From Myxococcota bacterium (GTDB taxonomy: Bacteria; Myxococcota_A; Polyangia; Polyangiales; Houyiibacteriaceae): a stretch of DNA of 64,000 bases. This document shows positions 55,653-64,000 of the stretch, piece after piece. The notes beneath the pieces are model-generated. The model searched no databases and was not told where the DNA came from. It saw only the letters and a list, made by a program, of their open reading frames with translations. Positions within the stretch are counted from its first letter, which is position 1. Every line of letters begins with the position of its first letter. The position numbers and the translations under genes are program-made. The stretch covers positions 6,878 to 70,877 of the forward strand of contig JBCDFZ010000019.1 of assembly GCA_039177115.1 (NCBI GenBank), written 5' to 3'.

Positions 55653-58267
55653 GGCTGGGCCTCTTTTTCGCCGACGAGTGCCGCATGAGGCTGAGGAAGG
55701 TAGCCGTCAGGTAGGATCATGTTTCGCGATGCGGTGGCCACGTTGCCGAAGGCGTTCCGGACCTCGACCGTGGCAACGATCTTCTGGCGCGGTACCACCA
55801 AGAGGTTCTCGACGGCGGTCCCGCGCCCCATGGTGAGGTCGAGCAGCTCGGGTGAATCGCTGGCACCGAACTTCTTCGCGCCGTTGAGCCGTAGCTGGAC
55901 GCCGCCCTCGTGAAGGCGGGCCGCAACCGGCAGCGTATTCTTGGCGCGACGCCAGCGAGGATCGAGAGAGTCGAGGGGCAACACCTCCCATTCCTCCGTG
56001 AGCTCGAAGTGGTGTGAGGCGCCAGTGCGCGGGCTCCTCACGTAGAGCACGGTCTCCCGAACGTCCCCGGCGTCGTACGTGGGCGAGTAGACGCGCTCCG
56101 TGCTCCAAGCACCGTCGAAGTTGCCGTCGGAGTTCGCGTCCCATCGATACTCGTAGCCGAGGCCGGGCGACGCGACGAGTTGGAGGTTCCCTCTCTCGAG
56201 TTGTCCCTCGACCTGAGCCCGAGGCATCCAGAACATCGCCATGACGGCAGCGACGCCCACCACGACCACCATGCCGTAGGTTTGAACGACGCCGTTCTGG
56301 AAACGCGCCAGGATCTGACCGAGCCCGCGCGCGTTGAGGCTCGGCAGCCGTGTGAGCAAGGCGTCGACGAAGGTTAGGTCGGAACGGCCGATCACCGTGG
56401 CAACGCTCTTGATCGGGTTGATGATGACGGCCTGGTAAAACTCGTCGACGCGCCACTTGTCGAAGATGAACTGGTACACGCGCTTCGGCGCCTTTTCGGC
56501 GATCGGGTCGGTGCTCTTGTTGCGGTAGAGGACCCAGGCCGCGCCGATTCCGATGAGCATCGCCATGAGCGCGAGCCCGGAGGCGAGGTTGATCACGAAC
56601 AGGTCCTCCGGGAGTTCGTGACCCGCAACCGATGCCTCCATCCAGTGTCCCCACCAGCTGTAGTCGTCGAGGTGCCAGCCGAACCCGGGCGCGATGTGGG
56701 GGATACCGAGGAAGCCCACGATGAGCGCCCCGACGCCGAGGACGATGAGCGGAATCGACATGGACGGCGGCGACTCGTGGGGATGCGCGTCGTACCCGTG
56801 GCCGTCTCCTGAGCCCTCGGCGCTTCGGTACTCGCCCGTGAACGTCAGGAAGTAGAGCCGGAACATGTAAAAGCCCGTCATGATGGCGCCGAGCGTGAGG
56901 CCGATCAGCGTGAACCACCCGACGCCCACCATGAGCGGGTCGTCGTCGCGGAATGCCTGCGCGGCCGCACCAAGAAGGATTTCGTCTTTGGAGAAGAAGC
57001 CACTTGAAAACGGGAAGCCGGCAATCGCCAGGCAGCTGAAAAGGAACGTGATCCGCGTAATGGGCATGTACTTCTTCAAGCCGCCGAGCTTGTAGATGTC
57101 GGCGTCGCCATGGGCGTGCACCGAGTGCATGACCGAGCCGGCCCCGAGGAACAGGCAAGCCTTGAAGAATGCGTGCGTGAACACGTGGAAGAAGCCTGCG
57201 GCGAAGAACCCAACACCCACCGCCGCGAACATGAAACCGAGCTGACTCACGGTGGAGTACGCGAGAATCTTCTTCATCTCGTGCTGGGTGACGGCAATGG
57301 TCGCGGCGAGGAGCGCCGTGAGCGTGCCGGTCACCGCGATCACCGCCATCGCCACGTCGGAGGTGATGAAGAGGGGAGACAGACGACAGCAGAGGTACAC
57401 GCCTGCGGTGACCATGGTGGCTGCGTGAATGAGGGCGGACACGGGCGTAGGCCCTGCCATCGCATCGGGGAGCCAAACGTAGAGCGGGATCTGCGCGCTC
57501 TTGCCGGTACAGCCGAGGAAGAGGAAGAGGCACGCAACTGTCGCGAGGCTCGGCACCGCGGCGAACGGCCACGACGGGAAACCGTCCTCAAACCCGCCGC
57601 TGAGGGCCACGTCGTTGATGTCGGCAAACTCGAACGACCCGGCCACGCCCACCAGGATGAACATGCCGATCAAAACGCCGAAGTCGCCGACCCGGTTCGC
57701 CACGAACGCCTTTCGTCCGGCCGCCGCGTACTCGCGGTTCTCATACCAAAAACCGATGAGCAGGTAGGAACAAAGCCCGACGCCCTCCCATCCGACGAAC
57801 ATCACAGGAAGGCTGCTGCCGAGCACGAGGATCAGCATCGAGGCCGTGAAGAGATTCAGGTAGGCGAAAAAACGCGCGTAGCCGTCGTCCTCGGACATGT
57901 ACCCGACGCTGTAGAGGTGAATCAGCCCCCCGATGCCGGTAACCACCAGTGTCATCACGCCGCTGAGCGAGTCCATGAGGAACCGGACGTTGATCGGAAC
58001 CTCGGCGCCGCTCGGCAGCTTGAGCGAAAACCACTCGTAGAATTGATACGTGAGGGCCGCTTCGTGAACACCGTCCGAGCGCATCCCAAAGAGCGAGATG
58101 AACGAGAGGATCGCCAACACGAACGACACGGCGACCGCGCCGACACCGAGGAAGCTCACGAGGCCCTTCGGCATGCGTCGCCCGAAAAGGCCATTGATCG
58201 CTGCGCCCGCTAGCGGGAACAAGATGATCAAGAGCAGCGAGAGCTGCTGGGTGGGTTCTTCGTGCAT
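55649..58267 (-). CDS. nuoL: NADH-quinone oxidoreductase subunit L with ~190-aa C-terminal extension
   Basis: 872-aa ORF. The NuoL core (WLPDAMAGPTPVSALIHAATMV, lateral helix region, final TM ending ...AAVMAMFWM) is followed by a non-membrane domain. Confidence 0.95.
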   Translation of the reverse strand: MHEEPTQQLSLLLIILFPLAGAAINGLFGRRMPKGLVSFLGVGAVAVSFVLAILSFISLFGMRSDGVHEAALTYQFYEWFSLKLPSGAEVPINVRFLMDSLSGVMTLVVTGIGGLIHLYSVGYMSEDDGYARFFAYLNLFTASMLILVLGSSLPVMFVGWEGVGLCSYLLIGFWYENREYAAAGRKAFVANRVGDFGVLIGMFILVGVAGSFEFADINDVALSGGFEDGFPSWPFAAVPSLATVACLFLFLGCTGKSAQIPLYVWLPDAMAGPTPVSALIHAATMVTAGVYLCCRLSPLFITSDVAMAVIAVTGTLTALLAATIAVTQHEMKKILAYSTVSQLGFMFAAVGVGFFAAGFFHVFTHAFFKACLFLGAGSVMHSVHAHGDADIYKLGGLKKYMPITRITFLFSCLAIAGFPFSSGFFSKDEILLGAAAQAFRDDDPLMVGVGWFTLIGLTLGAIMTGFYMFRLYFLTFTGEYRSAEGSGDGHGYDAHPHESPPSMSIPLIVLGVGALIVGFLGIPHIAPGFGWHLDDYSWWGHWMEASVAGHELPEDLFVINLASGLALMAMLIGIGAAWVLYRNKSTDPIAEKAPKRVYQFIFDKWRVDEFYQAVIINPIKSVATVIGRSDLTFVDALLTRLPSLNARGLGQILARFQNGVVQTYGMVVVVGVAAVMAMFWMPRAQVEGQLERGNLQLVASPGLGYEYRWDANSDGNFDGAWSTERVYSPTYDAGDVRETVLYVRSPRTGASHHFELTEEWEVLPLDSLDPRWRRAKNTLPVAARLHEGGVQLRLNGAKKFGASDSPELLDLTMGRGTAVENLLVVPRQKIVATVEVRNAFGNVATASRNMILPDGYLPQPHAALVGEKEAQP

Positions 58268-58274
58268 GACTCGG

Positions 58275-58577
58275 TCAGTTCCTCAGGAGCGTGGCCTGGT
58301 CGGATTCGATCGTCCTCTTGATCCGGTAGTAGGCGATGACGATGGCCAAGCCGACGGCAGCCTCCGCCGCCGCGACGGCAATGACGAAGAATGCGAATAC
58401 CTGGCCGTCGTGATTGCCAGGATTGGCGCGGTTGAAGGCAAGTAGAAGAACGTTGACCGAGTTGAGCATGATCTCGATCGACATCAGCTGAATCAGCATG
58501 TTTCTGCGCGTCAAAAAGCCCACGGCTCCGATGCCGAACAGAATCGAGGCGACTGCCAGGTATGCACCGATGGTCAT
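58275..58577 (-). CDS. nuoK: NADH-quinone oxidoreductase subunit K
   Basis: ORF 58275..58613 trimmed to ATG 58575-58577. 100 aa with 3 TM helices and motif MSIEIMLNSVN. Confidence 0.95.
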   Translation of the reverse strand: MTIGAYLAVASILFGIGAVGFLTRRNMLIQLMSIEIMLNSVNVLLLAFNRANPGNHDGQVFAFFVIAVAAAEAAVGLAIVIAYYRIKRTIESDQATLLRN

Positions 58578-58584
58578 CGCCCGC

Positions 58585-59088
58585 CTAGTCCGTCTTGCTC
58601 CGAGCGATGGCAATCGCCCCGACGATCGCCACGAGCAGCGTGATCGAGATTAGTTCGAACGGAACCAGCGCCTGCTTGTAGATCGCCGTACCGAGAGCCT
58701 CTACGGTGCCGAAATCGTCCTCGATGCTGCCCCACGCGCCACCGTAGGAGGCCACCGACGAGGCCACCACGAGGAAGATCCCCGCGGTGAGCGCACCGGC
58801 CGTCGCGCGCGACACCAGCATGCCCTCGACGGAACCGGTTTCAGTCTCAGGCCCGATCAGCATGATGACGAAGACGAAAAGCACGACGATGGCGCCCGCG
58901 TAGACCAGAAGCTGTAGCGCCGCCAGGAGATGCGCGTTGAGGGTCAAGAACATGCCCGCCAGCGACACGATGTGAACGAGGAGCCCCATGGCGGCCCGAA
59001 GCGGCCGCCGCGCTGAAACGGTGATGATCGCCCCGACGATCGCAAAGATGGCCGTGACGATGAAGAGCGCTGCTCCAGGTCCGCTCAT
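58585..59088 (-). CDS. nuoJ: NADH-quinone oxidoreductase subunit J
   Basis: 167-aa ORF with motif LQLLVYAGAIVVLFVFVIML. Start overlaps the nuoF stop (ATGA). Confidence 0.9.
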   Translation of the reverse strand: MSGPGAALFIVTAIFAIVGAIITVSARRPLRAAMGLLVHIVSLAGMFLTLNAHLLAALQLLVYAGAIVVLFVFVIMLIGPETETGSVEGMLVSRATAGALTAGIFLVVASSVASYGGAWGSIEDDFGTVEALGTAIYKQALVPFELISITLLVAIVGAIAIARSKTD

Positions 59089-60458
59089 GCGACCTTCCCG
59101 ATGAGCTCGCGAACACTGTCATCGTGTCGGACGCCATCAGGGAGACCCTGCTGCGCGGCCGCGACGAACTCTTCGCGGTACTTCTGAACCATCCCGAGCA
59201 TCGGCATCGCGGTGCCGTCAGCGAATGCGCAGATGGTGTTGCCCATCATGTTGTTGGAGATTTCGACGAGAAGGTCGACGTCTTGGGCGGTGCCTCGCCC
59301 TGCGCATAGGTTGTCCAAAACGTCGACGAGCCATCCCGTGCCTTCGCGACAAGGCGTGCACTGACCGCACGACTCGTGCTTGTAGAATCGCATGAGGTTC
59401 CGGCACGCCTCGACCATGTTGACCGTGTCGTCCATGACGATCGCGCAGCACGTTCCGAGCATGGTTCCGAGTGCGCGGTAGGTATCGACGCCCATGGGGA
59501 CGTCGATTTCGCTCTGGCCGTGCCACGCATGAAGCGGATGGTCGGCCGCGGGTGCATCGACGATGCGGCGTGGGTCCAGCACCGGAGTGGACGATCCGCC
59601 CGGCACCACGCCCTTGAGAGGACGATCGCCGAGGACTCCCCCCGCGTAATCGTAGATGAGCTCCCGCATCGTGATTCCGACAGGCGCCTCGAAGAGGCCG
59701 GGGTTCTTCACGTGCCCGCTAACCCCGTACAGGCGAACGCCACCGTCGCCGGGAAGCCGACTGAGGGACGCCCACGCCTCACCGCCCGTCTCGATGATGT
59801 CGGGGACCGCCGCAATCGTCTCGACGTTGTTGACGATGGTGGGCATCCCAAACACGCCCTTGACCGCGGGGAATGGAGGCTTGAGGCGGGGCTCACCGCG
59901 CCGACCTTCGAGCGAGTTGAGAAGCGCCGTTTCCTCGCCGCAAATGTAGGCTCCGGCACCGGAATGTACGTGGATGTCGACCGGATGATCGACGCCGAAC
60001 GGGCGGTCGCCGAGGTACCCGGCCTCGCGCGCTTCGGCGATGGCGTCTTCGAGCCGCTTGATGGAAAACTGAAGTTCCCCGCGAACGTAGATGTACGCAA
60101 TGTGCGCGTCGATCGCGAAACACGCGATGATCGCCCCCTCGATCAGCCGGTGCGGGTCGAGGTCCATGATTGATCGGTCTTTGAACGTCCCTGGCTCGCT
60201 CTCGTCGGCATTGATGACCAGGTAGACCTGTTCGCCGGGACCGGGATTCAGGAACCCCCACTTCACGCCCGCGGGGAAGCCCGCACCGCCGCGGCCGCGG
60301 ATGTTGGCCTTCTTGACCTCTTCTCTCAGCCTCGCGGGCTCGATGGACGTGAGCGCCCTCCGCGCGACGTCGTACGCGCCAGCCTTCTCCGCCACTTCGC
60401 GGGTCCAGCTGTTTTCGAGGCCGTAGCGAGTGGTCAGTAGCGGTTTGGTCACGCTCAT
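59085..60458 (-). CDS. nuoF: NADH-quinone oxidoreductase subunit F
   Basis: ORF 59085..60776 trimmed to ATG 60456-60458 (MSVTKPLL). Has the FMN/NADH motifs GRGGAGFPAGVKW and GAGAYICGEETALL, plus the 4Fe-4S motif ESCGQCTPCREG. Confidence 0.95.
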   Translation of the reverse strand: MSVTKPLLTTRYGLENSWTREVAEKAGAYDVARRALTSIEPARLREEVKKANIRGRGGAGFPAGVKWGFLNPGPGEQVYLVINADESEPGTFKDRSIMDLDPHRLIEGAIIACFAIDAHIAYIYVRGELQFSIKRLEDAIAEAREAGYLGDRPFGVDHPVDIHVHSGAGAYICGEETALLNSLEGRRGEPRLKPPFPAVKGVFGMPTIVNNVETIAAVPDIIETGGEAWASLSRLPGDGGVRLYGVSGHVKNPGLFEAPVGITMRELIYDYAGGVLGDRPLKGVVPGGSSTPVLDPRRIVDAPAADHPLHAWHGQSEIDVPMGVDTYRALGTMLGTCCAIVMDDTVNMVEACRNLMRFYKHESCGQCTPCREGTGWLVDVLDNLCAGRGTAQDVDLLVEISNNMMGNTICAFADGTAMPMLGMVQKYREEFVAAAQQGLPDGVRHDDSVRELIGKVA

Positions 60459-61090
60459 CAGTCGTCTCCCTTGGCGTCGGGGCCGGGCGGGGGCGTCGAC
60501 GCGACGCGAACGGCCTCTGGGCTCGGAGGCGGCGGCGGCGCCGACTGGGGAGCTCCATTCGAAGCTCGAAACGTTGCGAAAGTCGCAAAACGGCCAGCGG
60601 CAGCATCTGCGCCCTCGCTTACGTGAGCGTCGATGATCTGGTCGAGCCGCTCCACGTCGAGGTCTTCGTAATAGTAGTCGTTGATCTGAACCATTGGCGC
60701 CTGGCCGCAGGCCGCGAGACACTCGGCCTTGAGGAGCGTGAATTTCCCGTCCGAGCTCGTCTGTCCGGCGGAGCAACCGAACTTCGACTCGAGGTGCTCC
60801 TGGATGGCCTTTCCACCTCGAAGATCACACGAGAGGGTCCGACAGACCCAGACGACGTTCTCTCCGACCGGCTCGTCGAAAAACATGGTGTAAAAGGTGA
60901 CGACGCCCCGGACTATCGCCGTCGAAAGGTCGAGCCGCGTCGCGACGTAGTCGACCACCTCCGGGCTGACCCAACCGTTTTGGCGCTGACACAACCACAG
61001 AACGGGAAGAAGCGCTGCCCGCCGCTCCGGGTAGCGCGTCAGAATGTCGTCGACCTGTCGTTCGCCTTCCGGGGTAAGCGCAAATACCAT
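60458..61090 (-). CDS. nuoE: NADH-quinone oxidoreductase subunit E with Pro-rich C-terminal tail
   Basis: 210-aa ORF. 2Fe-2S ligand pattern CRTLSC...C..AC. The C-terminal ~50 residues are low-complexity Ala/Pro-rich. Confidence 0.9.
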   Translation of the reverse strand: MVFALTPEGERQVDDILTRYPERRAALLPVLWLCQRQNGWVSPEVVDYVATRLDLSTAIVRGVVTFYTMFFDEPVGENVVWVCRTLSCDLRGGKAIQEHLESKFGCSAGQTSSDGKFTLLKAECLAACGQAPMVQINDYYYEDLDVERLDQIIDAHVSEGADAAAGRFATFATFRASNGAPQSAPPPPPSPEAVRVASTPPPGPDAKGDD

Positions 61091-61238
61091 GGCTGGGCGC
61101 CCGCACGCTAGGCCCGACCACCCCCCCTGTCAAGCTAGCCAGACGGCCGTTCGACCCACCCTCTGTCGGGTGATCGGATGGGCTTTGCAGACCCTGACAG
61201 AGCCGCTACCGTCGCGGCGGCAATCGAAGTTGGAACGC

Positions 61239-61795
61239 ATGGACTCAGACCCACGGCGAGCCCCCCTGGGCGACGAGCCGCCGCACGGCCGCCCAAACAA
61301 CCCCAACGTCGGGCTCTGGGCCGGGCTTGGATGTCTCGGCGTCCTGCTGCTCTCCTGCTGCCTGTTTGCGTACTGGGCACAGGCCAACGGCTTTCGCTGG
61401 CTCCTGAATCAGGGCGACGAGGTTCGATCCTCGGCCTCTCGCGGCCTAATCAGCGTCGCATTGCAAGGAATCGCGGCCACTTGCACGGACGGCGCCCCCG
61501 CGGAGGACGTATCGTATTGGTTCCATCCGGACGTACCCTCTGGGCAGCGAAGCCTGCTCTGTGGCGTGGACGAGGTGACCCTGCAGCAGATCCTGTCGGC
61601 GGAACAGACGCCGTCCCGCACGCTGACCGCCCTCGGCCAACAGCCGCTCGCCGCCGAGTTCGGCATGAACCTGACCACTGCTACCGATACACGACGGAAA
61701 CAGTCAGCGTGGTGGGCTGCTTGGACACCGGCCCTGACGCCGGACCGCTCCCCTACCGCATCATCGACGTATCCTCGACCGCGGCCTCGAACTAA
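61239..61795 (+). pseudogene. hypothetical single-TM protein gene with an apparent frameshift near 61670-61685
   Basis: The frame of ORF 61044..62012 has good GC3 from ATG 61239 to about 61675. After that, GC3 switches to the frame of ORF 61178..61795, which ends at TAA 61793-61795, right at the convergent gene's stop. Confidence 0.45.
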
Positions 61796-62373
61796 GGCGA
61801 GCGCCGGTAGCCAACGGTCAGCCCGGCGCTTCCCCCGTAGTCGCGCGGCCTCAGCTGAATCAACACGCACGGCTCGACGCCCGTTTCGACCAAGCAGTCG
61901 GCGACCGCGCAGAAGGTGCGGCTCTGCCGAAGGCCGTGCCACCGGAGACCGGCAGGAACCTCACGCTCTCGCGGGTAGCGAAACGCCGAAACCGAGTCGT
62001 CTCGTTGAATGAGAACCACCTCACCCTGAAGCACGTCCGGGTCCTGGTCGAACATCATGTCGAAGAAGCGCCAAAAGGTCGCCTCGCCTTCCTCGACGTC
62101 CGATGCGTCTACCTCGGCGCCGTCTCGCTTCATGCCGCGATAGATCGCCTTGAGCCCTTGGGGCAGTGCGGTGTCGTCCCCCGATTCGAAGGCGGCGACG
62201 AGGAGCCTCCTTTGCTCGTTCGCCCGCCTCAGATCGAGGATCCGATCGGTTCGACGCTTGGTGGTCTCGAAGCGGTCGAGGTAGGGCTCAGCCGCGCTCG
62301 TGCACTCCGATCGCTGACTGCACCCGCCGAGCCCGAACGAACAACACAGCGCAATCCCCAGCAAGAGGCGCAT
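61792..62373 (-). CDS. hypothetical lipoprotein
   Basis: 193-aa ORF with lipobox FGLGGCS. I recognise no family. Confidence 0.75.
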   Translation of the reverse strand: MRLLLGIALCCSFGLGGCSQRSECTSAAEPYLDRFETTKRRTDRILDLRRANEQRRLLVAAFESGDDTALPQGLKAIYRGMKRDGAEVDASDVEEGEATFWRFFDMMFDQDPDVLQGEVVLIQRDDSVSAFRYPREREVPAGLRWHGLRQSRTFCAVADCLVETGVEPCVLIQLRPRDYGGSAGLTVGYRRSP

Positions 62374-62422
62374 GGCGACACAGTAGTCGACGCCCTCATG
62401 AAGCCCAACTAAAGTTGGCGCA

Positions 62423-63196
62423 ATGCCGCTGATCGAGTTCCGAGGAGTAAAAAAGGCGTTCGGTAAAAAAGTGGTCTATCGAGGGCTCGACCTGACGGTG
62501 GAAGAAGGTGAGCTGCTCACGATCATCGGCGGCTCGGGCCAGGGCAAGAGCGTGATGCTCAAGATGCTGATCGGCCTCTTGCACATCGACGAAGGCGCCA
62601 TCTTCTTCGACGGGCAGGAAATCTCGAAGTTCAGCGAAGCGGAATACGCGCCGATTCGTCGTCGCGTGGCCATGCTCTTCCAAGCAGGTGCCCTCTTCGA
62701 CTCACTCAACGCCAAAGAGAACGTCGCCTACGGCCTCCGCGAGCAGCTCGACATCAGCGAGCGCGAGATCAGCGAGCGTGTCCGCGAGTCGCTCGCCAAC
62801 GTTGGGCTACCAGGTACCGAAGAGACGTGGCCATCCGACCTGTCCGCTGGAATGAAGAAGCGGGTGTCGCTCGCGCGCGCGCTCGCCATTCGTCCCGAGG
62901 TACTGCTCTACGACGAGCCCACGACCGGGCTCGACCCCATCAACGTGACGCGCATCGCCGATCTCATCGTCGACCTCAACGAACGGCTCAAAGTGACGTC
63001 GGTGGTCGTCACGCACGATATGGACACCGCGCTCGACATCAGCGATCGCATCACCATGATTCAGAGCGGATACGTCATTTTTTCCGGAACCCCAGACGAA
63101 GTCAGGAAGGCCGAGGACCCCCGCGTCCGCGACTTCATCGAAGGCAACGCGCCAGTCGACGAAGACACCGAAACTCTGCTAAAGAGTGCTGGGTAG
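62423..63196 (+). CDS. ABC transporter ATP-binding protein, MlaF-like
   Basis: 257-aa ORF. Walker A GGSGQGKS, signature LSAGMKKRV and Walker B LLYDEP. Confidence 0.9.
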   Translation: MPLIEFRGVKKAFGKKVVYRGLDLTVEEGELLTIIGGSGQGKSVMLKMLIGLLHIDEGAIFFDGQEISKFSEAEYAPIRRRVAMLFQAGALFDSLNAKENVAYGLREQLDISEREISERVRESLANVGLPGTEETWPSDLSAGMKKRVSLARALAIRPEVLLYDEPTTGLDPINVTRIADLIVDLNERLKVTSVVVTHDMDTALDISDRITMIQSGYVIFSGTPDEVRKAEDPRVRDFIEGNAPVDEDTETLLKSAG

Positions 63197-63214
63197 AGGG
63201 GCACCGATCGGCGT

Positions 63215-64000
63215 ATGAAGACGACCGCTAGTACTCGACTTCGTGTTGGCATCTTCGTCGTGGTGGCGCTCGTGCTAGCAACGGCCGTGGCGTTCGCCAT
63301 CGGGGCCCAGGAGAACATGTTCGCCAGCAAGAGCACGTACTACTCCATCTTTCGCGACGTGGGCGGCCTCCAAAAGGGCAACACGGTTCGGGTGGCCGGA
63401 GTGAACGTGGGCGCGGTCACCGAGGTGGTGATCGGTGAATCTGGGCGTATCGAAGTCTACTACCGCGTCATCGACGAGGCGGCACATCTCATCCGGGGGG
63501 ACATCAACCTCGTGGTGCCCAAAGATGAGCCGGAGCAGCCGAGCTACGCGTCGATCGGCAGCAAGGGGCTTCTCGGCGATCGCATCATCGAAGTCACCGT
63601 CGGTTCCGACGCCTACCCCGCATGGGACCCAGAGGAACCCGTCCCGGTGGCGACCGGCGGCGGCATCATGGCGCTTGCCGAGCGAACCCTCGTCGAAGCC
63701 GAGGGCACCGCCCACAACCTTCGCCTCGCCACCGACCCGTTTGCCGACCAGCAGTTCTCGAACGACCTCAAGGAAACCGCCCGTAACATCGCCAAGGCCT
63801 CGGGCATGCTCGCCAGCGGCGAAGGAACCATCGGCGCACTCATGACCGACCAGCAGCTCGCGAACGACGTCAAAGGCGCGGTTCGCAACCTGCGGACGGC
63901 CGGCAAGCAGGCCACCGAGCTCGGCGCGAACCTCAACCGGCTCACCGAAGAAATCCAAAACGGAAACGGCACTGCGCACGCGCTCTTCTACGGCACCGAG
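63215..64000 (+). CDS. MlaD/MCE domain protein, C-terminal end cut by window edge
   Basis: Open frame from ATG 63215 to the window end, absent from the ORF track. TM anchor LRVGIFVVVALVLATAVAFAIG. MCE pattern VGGLQKGNTVRVAGVNVGAVTEV, followed by a helical region. Confidence 0.85.
   Translation, partial: MKTTASTRLRVGIFVVVALVLATAVAFAIGAQENMFASKSTYYSIFRDVGGLQKGNTVRVAGVNVGAVTEVVIGESGRIEVYYRVIDEAAHLIRGDINLVVPKDEPEQPSYASIGSKGLLGDRIIEVTVGSDAYPAWDPEEPVPVATGGGIMALAERTLVEAEGTAHNLRLATDPFADQQFSNDLKETARNIAKASGMLASGEGTIGALMTDQQLANDVKGAVRNLRTAGKQATELGANLNRLTEEIQNGNGTAHALFYGTE

Noticed and set aside
52541-57572. Long alternative-frame and antisense ORFs across nuoN, nuoM and nuoL: 52541..54175 (-), 54303..55688 (+), 55707..57572 (-) and 57110..58213 (+).
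   Set aside because: They overlap the genuine nuo frames, which have conserved antiporter motifs. The alternative translations are Arg/Pro/His-rich low-complexity sequence.
61044-62012. 322-aa ORF taken at face value as one gene.
   Set aside because: Its 5' part overlaps the nuoE start region. Its 3' 70 codons run antisense through the convergent lipoprotein gene with poor codon usage. It is better explained as a shorter gene (from 61239) with a frame switch, ending at 61795.

Overview
The window is 64 kb of very GC-rich bacterial chromosome (roughly two-thirds G+C by eye, not computed). Real genes show a strong GC3 bias, and many long Arg/Pro/Gly-rich shadow ORFs fill the other frames. Gene content suggests a Myxococcota-like organism: cysteine-rich lipoproteins, type III glutamine synthetase, PPK2, many paralogous hydrolases and a sigma-54-type promoter. 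That assignment is inference only.

I call about 58 protein genes and one tRNA-Asn(GUU). I see no rRNA, CRISPR array, transposase, integrase or phage genes, so this is backbone or accessory metabolism rather than an obvious mobile island.

Main blocks:
- 1-9.1 kb: an MscS channel, an arsM plus Cys-rich MarR pair, an acyl-CoA ligase, a CDGSH/CWC/DUF4124-like cysteine-protein run, nhaA and esterases.
- 9.1-16.3 kb: an MFP-RND-TolC efflux operon with a divergent MarR, bracketed by two DUF2141 paralogs.
- 16.5-24.4 kb: a TetR-hydrolase operon, hydrolases, a phosphoesterase, a methyltransferase and the tRNA-Asn.
- 25-33.8 kb: an MFS transporter, glnN, ppk2, and a LysR regulator with a hydrolase and a GST.
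- 33.8-36.2 kb: a 795-aa internally duplicated Cys-rich lipoprotein.
- 37.4-45.3 kb: an HTTM/VKGC-like protein, a second MscS, a DUF481 outer-membrane protein and membrane enzymes.
- 45.3-52.5 kb: housekeeping genes (tsaB, lepB, a radical SAM protein, glycosyltransferases).
- 52.5-61.1 kb: a non-canonical nuoEFJKLMN operon in which NuoL carries a ~190-aa PKD-like C-terminal extension.
- 62.4-64 kb: an MlaF/MlaD-like pair.

I found no compelling complete novel multi-gene system. The best second-look candidates are the duplicated lipoprotein, the extended NuoL with the split nuo operon, the efflux/MarR/sigma-54 control region with its DUF2141 genes, the arsM plus Cys-rich MarR pair, and an LpxH-like phosphoesterase whose cap region is replaced by transmembrane helices.
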